63,804 bases of DNA, filler included, from 14 parts of 14 records of this genome joined end to end with filler, not necessarily neighbours in it, one strand, 5' to 3'; counted from the first letter of the whole stretch, positions 45,914 to 57,900 are shown. Program-made: numbers and translations. Notes: a model not told the origin generated them from the sequence alone.

Positions 45914-46313
45914 TGTCGAGTTCCTGCGATGCTACGGTGGCAATGCATTCAAGTTTGTGCAAGCGTACGTTGACAGATGGCCGTGACGCATTAGATCTTG
46001 AGACAAAGCCGAAGCGTGTCCGCACCCTTTCCTCAACCATTTGGCGCGGCAGATCGTACCACCACGCCATGCATTCGTCAAATAGAGCTCTTTGCTTGAG
46101 CAAGCGAGCACACGTACTCGCCAGCCGTCTAGTGACGCGGGTCTTAGGGCTGCTCCAGAGAATTTTGAATGGATGAATGGCTGAGTGGTTGCGGAGGAGA
46201 TTGCGAGGAGTACGGTGTGCTGGTCCTTGAATGAATGGGACTGTGTTTGTGGTGTTCTGTCTGTTCTCTTCTTGATACCGCACTCCACCCGCACACAAGA
46301 GCGAGCCTGAGCT

Positions 46314-46413
46314 NNNNNNNNNNNNNNNNNNNNNNNNNNNNNNNNNNNNNNNNNNNNTTAATTAATTAANNNNNNNNNNNNNNNNNNNNNNNNNNNNNNN
46401 NNNNNNNNNNNNN
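46314..46413. other. artificial contig linker
   Basis: 44 N + TTAATTAATTAA + 44 N. Confidence 0.99.
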
Positions 46414-46576
46414 TGCTGTTGGGGAGGGTCCTAGCGCGGCGCTTATGCGCCGGGGGGGCTGCGGGTAGCAGGTGGGCCGGTGGAGTCGGTCCACCTCGGT
46501 GCCATCGTAGCGACGGAGCTGGGGCGTATTCAGGCGCGATTTTCGTGGCTGTACGTTCGCGCACGACGTTTGGCAG

Positions 46577-47585
46577 ATGGTCCTCGTCATGCCACGGTCT
46601 CGGAAGAAAAAACGACGGGGGGGAGCGAGCCGAAGCTCGAGCGGCGTGTCGGCAGGCAGATCTTGCCACGAGCACACATCGACGGCAGCAGGATTGCCAC
46701 GTACACAGATGACCGTCCGTGCGAGCGACTTGTCCGAAATCGGCCAGCCAGAACACTTTCCAGCTGAGCTTGCTGGTGTGCTTTCACAACGCGAGTGGGA
46801 GAATATGTTTACCAGCGCAGCCAAGGAATACAAGAAAGCGCAGCGATGCGATATGGTTGGGTGCGTCACGACTGGTAGAGAAGCCGCCATCGAGCGGGCC
46901 TTCTGCCCGTGGGAAAAGTGCGGTATCGTGGTCCACGTCGACTACTCACAGTACCCCGCTGCCTTGCTGCGGAAGGGTTGCGCCCTTAGAGCTGCAAGAA
47001 AGCAGCTCCAGATATTGCTGCACTTTCCCAGAGGCCTGGTGATGGCATGGGCAGCGAATTTGGCACGCTGTTGTCGTGCCTTGGCGTTTGCTACCGTGCT
47101 ACTGCACCCATCTCGATCTGGCGAGACCTTGGAGACAGAAGGCCGTACTGTATTAAAGAGTCCGCTGGAGCTACTACCGATAGACCTGTTGGAGAAGACC
47201 ATCGCAAGCATGGTGGCATACTCTGGACAATCACGCGTCGTTCGGAACGCAGCTGTTGCCGTGTCCCGTATTAAGCATCCAAAGCCCCTCCACAGGCACC
47301 TAGAAACGCAAAATCGACAGCAAAGTCCAGCTTCCTTTGGAAAGGAGGGCAAGAAGCTCGCATGCTAAGTTGGTGGTGCTTTGAGCAACGATGCAGCTGC
47401 ATTCACACCATGCCTCAATCAGCTGCGTGCCACACGGCTTCTTCAACCGGCTACCCACTGCAGAGGTAGAGGATGGAACCGCTCCGTCGGTCACAGATGC
47501 ACCGGTCGAGATACTAGTACCTCTGACTATGGAGCCAGAATGTGAGCATTTCAGTTTAGAAGACATGCAGGCACGGCAGATATGA
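46577..47585 (+). CDS. hypothetical protein; exon structure unresolved
   Basis: 263-aa ORF (46577-47368) plus a short downstream ORF (47391-47585); no family recognised with confidence. Confidence 0.35.
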
Positions 47586-47655
47586 TAGACGAAATGAAAT
47601 GATGGTGTAAGACCTCGCCATTGAATTCATTGCAGCACTTTAGATCGTCTGGTCT

Positions 47656-49439
47656 TCACGTGGCCTTGATTGTCACATCGGAACAGCTTGCCCACTGCGC
47701 ATGCCAACATCGCAAGGAATCAGGCGAATGTAACGCGTCAGTGTGTCAGTCGTGCTAATCAGGCAACAAAATTACATTGAGGCGGTCGCAATGGTGCGCA
47801 AAGAAGGCACACGTACCACCTGATTTGACTCTTCTGCGTCCCATCGCCATCCCAGCAGCCACTCGCCAGGCGCAGTGTGGTTCGGAATGAGCAGCCGATC
47901 CACCACCTCCAGATTCGCTGGCCCAGAAGGTGCGCCATCGTCAGAGCAACGGCAGCCTTTGGTTTGATTCGCGGTTGCCCTCGGGATGGGCGCACAGCGT
48001 GGGCTGCGCGGATCTTTCTTGCACGCGTCCTTGCTCAACCGCCGGCCGTAAGCCAGGCATTCTGGGCTTTCTTGGCAGACAGGCGGATTGACAGCCCCTG
48101 TCCTGTCCCACCCCCATGGTCCACGTGGAACCGGATAGCGAGCCCATTGCGATCCCTTGGGCACGGTGCCTTCGCTCACTATCGTTGGGTTGAAAAAGAG
48201 CTCCTCCCCACCTACACCTCCCCACCTCAGGCTTGATCGGCCGGCAAAATCCAGTGGCTGACTCTGAAAGCACTTCTCGTCAATGACGCCTGTTGCTGGG
48301 CACAAGCCTATCATCGACACCGAGCAAGTCAAGTCAAAACAATTGAGCGCCACGAGGCGAAACGATACAGTGTAGTGACTTGCTGCGTACGATAGGAATA
48401 TCCGCCGCCATGAAACGCAGAAGTCGTAAAGGCAACCTCTACCACCGACCCTGCGGTCCACACAGTGTCGGATGGTCGTGGTGGCAGCTTGGAGCCGAGG
48501 TCTGCTAGTTTCGCGTGCGTCGTATTCGCATACGCCGCCCCAGCTCCGCCATTTCCTTGACCTGGCTTTCGGCCACCTGCGACTCCACTACGCACGGAAG
48601 CCCACCAATGCATGCCATTCACGCTTTTCTGATCGTCTGAAAAAAATGAGCCAGCGACTCCAAGTGCGCGCACAAAGAGCGGTGATTTCTGGCGTACCAC
48701 GGGTCCAGCACTGGGGAGGAGCCAGGTGCACGCCAAGGCGAATAGTAATAGTAGTCCGTCAAGCTTCCGCATGGTGCATTGATGTTGACGGTGCGTAGAT
48801 GTGGCTCGCAGATTGTCGCCTTGATAGGGCCTGGTCCTCCCTTAGTTTTTGGGCAGATCGATTGCCCACTGCCACCAGGGGAGACGGGTGTGGAGTTGCC
48901 AAAGATGTTGGGTTGTGGGTAGCTTGGATCGGGGACGATGCCTGGAACGGCCCACACGTCCCAGTCGTCCGGCTGTGTGCCCACATAAACGAATTTGGGG
49001 ACAGGTCCGCGTGTGTTCCCGTCACATTCCGCGCAGCCGATCTGGCATCCATTCCTGCAAAGGAGCAGCACGGCACGTCAGGCCCTGGACGTCTCCGCTG
49101 AAGAAACGGCCATGTCGGCGAGAACTGTGGAAAGTGAACGCACGAGAACCAGTAGCATGCCTGGCCGCTCTGGCCTGTAAGGTTCAGCAGCGACGAGCCG
49201 CCCGCCGCCGAAGCGGATGGACTGGCGCACCAGAACTGGGCACGGTCGGTCTTCTCGCCGAAGGGGAGGGGAGAGGGCACAGTCGAATTCCAGGGCCACA
49301 GATCGGCGTCGATAGCATTGCGTGGCGAAGGGATCGTCACCGCCGCATGCCCCGAGATGAACGGGAGCAGCAGCGACAGTAGCGACACTGCCACACACGG
49401 TGCGCATAGCATCGACATCATACGCGGTACCGCGTCCAT
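47656..49439 (-). CDS. secreted His-brace lytic polysaccharide monooxygenase-like protein (AA15/AA10-related), about 5 exons
   Basis: Signal peptide ...LLLPFISG followed by His (codon 49349-49347): HAAVTIPSPRNA. YSPWRAPG, CGVAGG, second His in FHGGGYSYR, LCP...TEKCF-like IDEKCFQ, LLGWRWDAEESNQV|WASCSDVTI (intron 47695-47816). Confidence 0.82.
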
Positions 49440-49762
49440 CGTCGCGCGCGCGGGACGCGTCCTCCGTCGCGCGCGCGTACTCATATATCGAATATACGTA
49501 CCGAGGTACGTGTAAACTCTCGTACAATCAAGCTCCGGGATTTGTTAAACAAAGATTGGAGAGAGAGAAACTGGGACTCTCGTACTGATGCAACCTTAGA
49601 ACCTATGCAACCACAGCCTTTTGGGTTGCATGATATGTGGTTTCGTTGGATTGACGAGACCGATCCGACGCGCAACACAACTATAGCTGCAATGGAGGGG
49701 GACCGCGACCGCCTCAAATCGATCGCAAATCACTATACAAGCAGTTTCCGGAATGCGAGCTC

Positions 49763-50293
49763 GTGTACATGTCCGGCGAATACCCAGTCTCATGCCACGA
49801 AACTGCCAGCATGTTGAACTCGATTGCGCGATCTGTATGCGATCAAGCCGTAACGGACGAGTCGTTCGAAAGGAAATACTGGGCAAGCAAGCCAGACGAC
49901 AACTACTCCCGGGCGATTGAGTTGCTTAATCAAAAATTGTGCTACATTCAGGACCCTGGGTGCTTTATGGAAGGCTTTATCGAAAAGAGGCAGGCAGACG
50001 TCCGGGAAACGATTGCTAGCCAAACACATTTGACAATAACAGACTGGCTGTTCTCGATCGCGCATCGCGAATACCGAAAGGACGACTTTATCCCGACTTT
50101 GGTGCCAAGTTCGATTCCTGAAGGTGTGTTCAATGTCTTTGAAGGTCTGGCCGTCACGTACGAGCAATGCAAGGACGTGGACGTAACCCTTTGCCATCCG
50201 TTACTGAACATGATTTGCGATTCACTTTGCCACGGTAACGGCGATCACGCGGATTACTATTTGAAATGGCTAGGCCAACCTCAAAACAGCTGA
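49763..50293 (+). pseudogene. fragment resembling a viral/Polinton-like primase-helicase (region preceding an SF3/DUF5906 ATPase)
   Basis: IPEGVFNVFEGL...HPLLNMICDSLCHGNGDHADYYLKWL resembles the FNxWxGF...PILDHIxxVLCxGDxxxYxYVLxWL segment of such helicases; stops before any Walker A; intronless and more AT-rich than its neighbours. Confidence 0.55.
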
Positions 50294-50309
50294 AGCAAAA
50301 ATTTGGTAG

Positions 50310-50409
50310 NNNNNNNNNNNNNNNNNNNNNNNNNNNNNNNNNNNNNNNNNNNNTTAATTAATTAANNNNNNNNNNNNNNNNNNNNNNNNNNNNNNNNNNN
50401 NNNNNNNNN
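50310..50409. other. artificial contig linker
   Basis: 44 N + TTAATTAATTAA + 44 N. Confidence 0.99.
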
Positions 50410-50648
50410 ACTTCTTCCAGCGGTGCAATCTGGGCACTGACTGTGGCTGAGAACGCCAGCGCATACAACCACGTACATGTATGTATCTGTACAAGATTCA
50501 TGTACTATTCTGTACAGCCTGGCTGTATCTTGAATCATACTCTGAGATCGTACCGCCGCCGGTACGCCGACTGGGTGGTCGACCGTCCGGCCCTCCGCCC
50601 GACGGATCCTCGCCCTGCTGCCCACAGGGGGGTGGATCTGTCGGGGCA

Positions 50649-52749
50649 ATGGAGGCGGCTGGTGATGGCGGTGGAGTAGTGCGACATGTATCGGTCGAAG
50701 AGTGGGAGGCGCGCATCCAGCCAGAGGGTGCGGTGGGGGCTGATCCGACGGTCGCGCTGACAGCGGCGTGTGGGACGCTCTGTGCGATCCCTCGTGCATT
50801 CGTCGACCGGTGCGGCACGCTCGTGGAGATGCTGGAGGGCGGTGCGGCGGACGTGTCCGGGCCACCCATGCTCGAGGTTCCGGACGTGAGAGACTTTGCA
50901 GTGCTTCTGTCCCTCGAGCAAGCAGACGACGCAGCCTGGGAGCGAGCCAGGCTTGCTCGCATCTGCCACGTTGCATCGTTTCTCGGTCACGAGGCACTGT
51001 TGCGCAAATCTCTTGCCGTCCTCGCCAGCATCATTACACGGACGGGTAACCTGAGCGACCTCGTCGGAGAGATCGACAGCCTGTCGCCGCTGGTGGATCG
51101 CTTGGTCGTGGCCATGCTCTCGGCGACTGATCCAGGTGTACCACCACTCTCTACCCTCGAGGAGGTCGCCACGGCAGTAAGTGCATGGCAGGCGAGTGCC
51201 CACACCCTCGAGTCCGAGCCCGAGTCCGAGGGTGGTGCCGTACACCCACTGCATGAGGGCCATCCGCCGAAGCGACGACGGTCACTGCAAGCAGTAGCGG
51301 CAGCGGTGGGTCCAGCAGCGGTAGCCGCCACCATATCCAAGCTGGAGCTTGACCAATTGGATCCTGACACCATGCTCGCCCTCTTTTCGTGCATGGACCT
51401 GAGCTCATGTGTGCGCCTGATTCAGTGCAGCTTTAGTGCCGTGTCAATGGTCTTCACAGATTCCGACAGTTGGAAGTTCGCTTTTCGCGCTTGGTCCGCG
51501 GTCCTACAGGACCCTTTGACGAGTGATGCTACGTTGCCACAGCCGAGCATGGTCGACGCCGCGACGCTGGAAGCGATCCAAGTTCAGCCAGACGGTGCTG
51601 ATTCTGCCGGATGGATCGATCGGGTAGCCCGACTTGTTCGGCTGGTTCGTGATATGCACGGTTTCGCTCTCATCGGCCGAACCCAACAAGAGACTCCTCG
51701 TGATCCGCTGGAGAAGATCGCCTGGGTAGCGGCGCGTGCAGAGCAGCTGGGCGGCCCAGATCCACATGATCTACTGGCTGCCAGACTCCTGGTTCCTCAC
51801 ATGCGAGCTGTGGTCTACAGTGCTTGCACTGAGAAGCGCTTACCAGACGGAGCCTGGGCTCAGGCCATCGAGGCCTTTTCGCGCGTGGTTGACCACAGCA
51901 CTGCAGTGTCTGCGTCAGTTGCACAGGCGGAGCTGTCCGCTAGCAGTGACGGTGGACTGTTGAAAGCAGGCGGTGAGCAGCAACGGCGCCTCGATGATGC
52001 GTGGGTCCGTTGCACAGGCGCGCACACACTACAGCGAGCTATCTTCGCAGCCTTGAATGAGCATTTGCGGAGGGCACATGAGCCGACGCTGCTGGAGAGA
52101 TGCGAACGGTCTGTATCAGCAGCCTCCGTGTGGGCACAATGGCAGGAGCGCGGCTGGGTCCAGCCGACAATGCAGCCCACTGAAGAACTAGAAGATGCAG
52201 TCGATCATGTCAAACTGCTCGCAACAGATGGCGAAATTTTTACCGTCAGCATTGGCGTGGCACAGACATTTGATGCAGTGAAGGAAACCCTCCAGGCGTG
52301 GCAGATCACAGGCCATGTCCCTCGCACAGCGATTCCAGTAGGAGAACTGGAATCCCCAGTACTCGCCAAGGCGATCGAATTTGCCACGTATCACCATATG
52401 GCTGAAAGTATTGCAGAGGACGCCGTGGCCGAGTGGGTAAAACAGTTCATAGATGTTGACCAGGGGATTTTGTTCCACCTCATTTTGGCTGCCAACTTGC
52501 TCGGCCACAAGGTGTTGCTAGACACCGGCTGCAAGGCAGTTGCCGACATGATCAAAGGCAAGACTCCAGAGGAAATTCGTGTGCGTCCAGAGCAATTGAG
52601 TCCGTTGCATTCTGATTCTGGACTGTTTTCGGCTTATGCGTTATGGAAACTATGATGCCCACCAGGCACATTTCAACATTCAGAACGACTTCACGCCGGA
52701 AGAAGAGGAAGAGGTTCGACGGGAGAACGCGTGGTGCGAAGATATTTGA
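50649..52749 (+). CDS. Skp1-domain fusion protein: degenerate Skp1 + F-box-like + cullin-repeat-like + canonical Skp1 (2 exons)
   Basis: C-terminal Skp1 is clear: [85 protein letters not shown] (intron 52581-52665). The other modules are pattern-based; see findings. Confidence 0.85.
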
Positions 52750-52819
52750 AAGCTTCTTGTGAGTCAAAGGATAATGGATTACGCACGCATGGACGCCAGT
52801 AGATGCTTTGCACTGGCTG

Positions 52820-54180
52820 TCACGAACTGCCATCCGGTACCACAAGTCCGAGTTCTGCCATAAGCATCTGCATCATCCCATCGCATTCGATGTGGAAACG
52901 CAGCGTGCAGTGCTTATCCAACGGAGTACGCTGCAAGTTGACGATGACCATTTCGCGCCGCGGCCCGCCGGCGTCTTCGCCAGGAAGCACGTCTTCGTCA
53001 CTGCTCTCGTCCCCGTAATCCTCTTCGTCGTCGCTGTCGCTATCTTCATTCTCGTCTGGCCATTCCCAGCCTAGTGCAAGCAGCTGCAGCACAAAATTCC
53101 CACCGGTCGAATTCATCAGAGCAAAGCGAACATGTAACAAAGTCAATGTGGGGTCCGGTACGCGCGTATGCGTACTGCAAAAGGGACAATAGGCACATAG
53201 CCACATAGCCACAGAGATACTGTTACAAAGCTTCCACGTACCGGCATGTCGCCAACTGGCTTTATCCGCAGCGAAGTACCCATGGCTATCGACATCGTGG
53301 CCTTGCGTGCTCGCCGCTCTGTCCGCCGTACGTGGTCCTTGGGTAGCGCATCGTCCCAGTCTAGCACGTGGTCACGCAACATCCCGCCGCACTCGTCACA
53401 CTTGCGGCCGGTCGGCCGCAAACCGACACCGCCTACATCATCGGCGCGGTGAAATTCGGCGTGACACTCGGAGCAGACTTCGAGGCAGACGTTGCCGTGC
53501 AGCTCAGAGAGTTTGTTGAGCGGCGCTCCCGCCCGCCGGTGCAGACCGTCTACGTTTTGAGTTGCGATGTGGTTGATGTAGCCCGCAGTCACCAGAGCCG
53601 TTAGCGCGTGGTGGGTGAAGGAGGGTTTGACTGCTCCAAATGAACTGGCCAAGCGCGGCTCGGCTCCAGCGCCGCTCGCATTGCGTTTCAGTTTGCCACT
53701 TTCCTGCTGCTGCTTAGTCCAGATGCCATGCGGCCCTCGGAAGTCGGGCAGGCCCGCTGAGGTCGAGATGCCCGCGCCGGTGCAGCACCAGACCCTACCC
53801 TTGTGCTGCCGCAGAAGCTCGGCCAGCTTGGTCACCTTTCGCTGCACAGCCCGAGTGGACTCGCGAGTTTCCTTCAGCCCGCACACTCCGTAGTCGACAT
53901 CTTGCCGCAGCCGTGCAGCGTACCCGGCTACGTTGTTCTCCGGCCCATCCGCTTCGCCTGCGCTGGGCGGGGGCACGAGCGCCCTCGCTTTCTTTCTACC
54001 TGCCTCGCGGGTCACTTCGCCAGCTGCAGCGCGGGCTGCAGCGCCGGCTGATGCGGCAGGGCGCTTCTCGAGGCACCGATTGACGTGCACCTGCCTCTGT
54101 CCTTCGTCCAGCGAACTCAGCGCTGCGCCACAGACCGGGCACGGCTCCACCACTTGCGCAGCACTGCGCTTCGCAGCCAT
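52820..54180 (-). CDS. class IV sirtuin (SIRT6/7-like NAD-dependent deacylase) with N-terminal UBZ-type zinc finger (2 exons)
   Basis: TGAGISTSAGLPDFRGPHGIWT, TQNVDGLH, ELHGN, CSEC/CDECGG, LDWDDALP, GTSLRIKP, IVNLQRTPLD. N-terminal CPVCG...HVNRC. Confidence 0.92.
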
Positions 54181-54337
54181 TTATTATGGGCACCTCGGGA
54201 TCAACTCAGGAACACGTCGGCAGCAGGGCGGATGGAAGGACGGAGCGCTGGTTGGTGCTGCCGGGGTGGCGGCTGCGTGGCGTTGGTCGCTGAATCGTGA
54301 ACGACTGAACGTCGCGGCGGGCCAAAATGGGTGACAC

Positions 54338-54560
54338 TATTCGAATATCAATACCAGTAGTAGGATTCCTACCCGGTACCCGGGTACTACGTACGCTATA
54401 CTGTACTGCTCTACAGTCCGGAGTGTACTAGTAGGACATGTACAGCGGTGTACCTGGAGGCGTACAGACGATGGTCCCATTTTCCCGGGTCTCCGGGATC
54501 GTGTACACACAACCGTACATGTACTAGATCTAGCTAGCTATCATAGTACATGATTGTACA
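54338..54560. promoter_or_regulatory. GTAC/CTAG-rich palindromic tract upstream of the sirtuin gene
   Basis: TATTCGAATA (54338-54347), many GTAC, TACTAGATCTAG (54522-54533); same motifs as at 21055-21180. Function inferred. Confidence 0.5.
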
Positions 54561-54786
54561 GTGTACACAGACCCTGCACAAAATGACAAAATGGAAAATG
54601 CTTGGCTCGTGGGGTTGGGCGTTTTCCCTAGGAGCAGGTGGATGGAGCGCACGTTCGACGCGTGTACATCATTCAGCGCGTGTACCGTACATCGGGTACT
54701 TCGGTGTACACTCTCTAGAGAGCCCGCATGCCACGCTCCCTCTCCCGCTCCACTCCCGCTGCCGCCTCGCGTTCCCAGCGAGCTGG

Positions 54787-54886
54787 NNNNNNNNNNNNNN
54801 NNNNNNNNNNNNNNNNNNNNNNNNNNNNNNTTAATTAATTAANNNNNNNNNNNNNNNNNNNNNNNNNNNNNNNNNNNNNNNNNNNN
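54787..54886. other. artificial contig linker
   Basis: 44 N + TTAATTAATTAA + 44 N. Confidence 0.99.
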
Positions 54887-54990
54887 TAGTCGGAGAGACG
54901 GCATCATAGCGGGCGCGTAGAGCCGAGGCGGTCGTGAATGCAGGCGCGAATGAATGGACACACATCGCCTGAGAACTCTTTTCGGTTGCA

Positions 54991-57900
54991 TTAATCAGTC
55001 GGCTTTGCGCTAGACATGAGGTTCGAGACGGTTGCCACGTGTGATACTGGAAACGAGACACCACCCAGTGCAACGGACCTGGCTGTACTAGCAGAACTCG
55101 GCCTCCTGCCGTCGTTGCTGACGCTGCTGCTTGTACCCACACCACTGTCATGGAAAACATCGGTCGACTTGCTCCGTTTCGTGCTTCGTCTTGCCGCTGC
55201 TGATAACGGTCGACTTACCACAACGGGTGGGGTGGCACGATGCGCATGCGTGGATGCGGGCACCGGCCCTGCTGAAGCTGGCCTCGCCCGACGCTGTGCA
55301 AGCTCGTTGCGCAGCAGAGCAGGCTCCTCATGCGGCATTTGCATAGCCATGAGCTGCGAACGCACAGGGTCCGGTAGAGCGTTCTCATTATTGGGGTTGA
55401 CCCACGATGCTGTTGCCGCGACCTCATCGCGCACGAGAAAAGCATTCCGGTGACCATGCGCAGGAGCCCACGTTTCTTCTTCAGGGATTTTCCCACCCGC
55501 AGCGTCTGGCACCGACGGATAGCTTGCGGCAGGTTGACGCTTCCCTGGCTCACTGACTACCTGCTGCACGCGCTGACTCGGTTCATATGCTGCAGCACCA
55601 ATGCTCACTGCTGTGCCAGAGCTCTGCTCCACGCCCGCACTAGGGCTGGCCGAGCGCGGGCGGGTAAAACTCGAAAGCTCTGGTGAAAGCGTAGTGAGTG
55701 TGCCGCCCCAGCTGCCTGCAGACATAGGCCGATCCGTACGATCCGTACCGGAAGCGGATCTCACTACGCCGGGCGGGCTCGCACCCCGTGGAGTCGGATG
55801 CTCCGGACTGCCAGAGTATATGTCGACAATGCCAGCACCTGCTTCTGGTTGCTCTGGGAGTGATGTCGACTGTCGCTTGGCACCAGGCGGAGGTGGACTG
55901 TGCACGGGACCCGGGCTGCCCATCCCGATGGAATGTGCGTCACGTGCCCACAACGCTCTGCCTCGGAAGCCCGCGCCCGCCTCGGCTTTAAGCTGGCGCA
56001 CACGTTCCTCAGTTGTGGCCTTAACGACGGGGTCTTTGCGTCCATGTGCAAACAGCTCAGCAGAAAGCGGTCGTCGGGGTAACTTGTATGCATGCTCGTT
56101 TTCAAACCCCAGCGAAGCGGGCGGGTTGTGAAGATCTACCGCCTCATGACGCAGGTGCCCGGCAGAGTGAGGCCTTGCAGCAACCGCTGCCATCTCCGCC
56201 GCACTCCGCTCCGACTGCCGGACTGAAGTAGTCGCAGCAGCAGAGAGAGGGCGACCTTTCACAAAGACGTCAGAGCCATATCCTGCAGGATGCTGCCCTC
56301 CGTATCCATCCTGAGTGTAGTCGGGTTGTCGTGTCGCAGAGCGTGGGCGCAACGCTGCCTCAGTCGGAGTCTCATATTGCTGCGCGCCCGTAACTTGGTT
56401 CACAAACACAGTACGGCCTGAGCTCTCAGAGATATGAGGTTTCCATCCCGAGGGCAGTTTTGCTCGCGAGTCAACTCCAGCGGCAAACATCTTCTGGAGT
56501 AGAGACGCCTCCTCGACAATCTCACCCCGGGCCTTCGCAGCCTTGCGACGTCGAGCCTCCGCCTGCGTGGACGATTGTACGGTGGCACTCTCTGCAGCTG
56601 CTCTTTCTTGTTCCGCTACCCGTCGCATCGAGGGTCGAGCTGAATAAGGACGCTTCGGTGGCTGAAGCTCTTGTGGCAACGCAGCGGCTCGAGCCACGTT
56701 GGACGCATCAGCATACCGCTCCGCCATTGCAGATGAAGGGCGACGCACACCGTAGCCGGATGTTGCTCCTGCGCCTCGATAAGTGAGTTGCGAGAGCATC
56801 GACTGGTCCATTGACGGGAGTTTTGCATTGGCTGCCATGTCTGACTCTGGTCCGGCATGCTCGTAGTAGTGACTGGCTACCTGCCGCTCACCACGCTTTG
56901 CGTGTGCACGCGCCATTAGGTTGTTTGCCTGAGTGTGCTGTGAGTCCAAGGATAGAACGTGACGAAGCTGAATTTCCTGTGCGGCGCTGCCCGGTGGCAT
57001 CAGCTCAGCCAGCTCCATGCTCGGCACGAGATAGTCCGGATAAAGCTGCAATGCTGTGCGGTGGCAAAAGATTGATCGGCCTTTCCAGCCAGGAGCCCTC
57101 CTCGCACTGACCGCCAACCCAAGCGACGCGAGCACGGCGGCCCGTCCATGTGCCGCCTCTTCGTTTAACTCCCATACGCCGAGCTTCCAACCGGTATTCA
57201 GCGTTCCAACACGAAGCTGCCCAGCGTAGGCACCAGCTCGGAACTTCCCTCCACGCCCATCCCCTTCTGCGCGTCGCTTGTATCCTTCTTGCAGATGGGC
57301 ACATTGCGTGTAGTTGGTGATCGCCTCGTCGATCAGTTTGCGTTTGACTGCCTCTGTGTGATCGTGGGCTGCTTCGGAGACGGGTTCAATCGCCAGGGCT
57401 TGTCGATGAAGGGCTGCAGCCAGGCAGTGGTGAACTTCCGGGCTGCCAGGGTACATGACACAGAGCCGTCGAAGCAATGCACAGGCCTCTTCAAGCTCTG
57501 CAGACGCTCCTAAAGTCCCTTTCGTATCGTCGCCTTGTGCCGCAGGAGGAGTCTGATGCTCCCCATCTTCTATTTCTTCTGCAGAAGAAGAAGAGTTGAG
57601 GAGCAGTAAGGCCAGGTTAGTTGACGCAAGCTGATGGTCGGGGACCGTCTGCAATAATTGTCGAAGCATGGCGGCCGCTTCCTTGACCTGCCCCTGCGAG
57701 CTCAATACGCAAGCCAGGTTGACTGAGACCTTCGCCCGGAGATTTTCTGCGTCCTTCTCGGAACCCCCAGCAGTCACAGCTGCATTCGGTGCCAAAGCTT
57801 TCCTTAAATGCATCTCTGCTGACGATGTTGATTCCTCGTCTTTTCTTTGCAGCAAGAGCGTTGCCAGGTTGTAACGCGAATGTATACATAATCCGTTGTA

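Noticed and set aside
47340-47585. Stop-codon readthrough or frameshift joining ORFs 46577-47368 and 47391-47585
   Set aside because: No recognisable homology to define the correct frame; an unresolved intron or non-coding sequence is equally likely.
799-49439. A single large CAZyme gene cluster spanning the window
   Set aside because: The genes are on different contigs joined arbitrarily; only within-contig adjacency is evidence.
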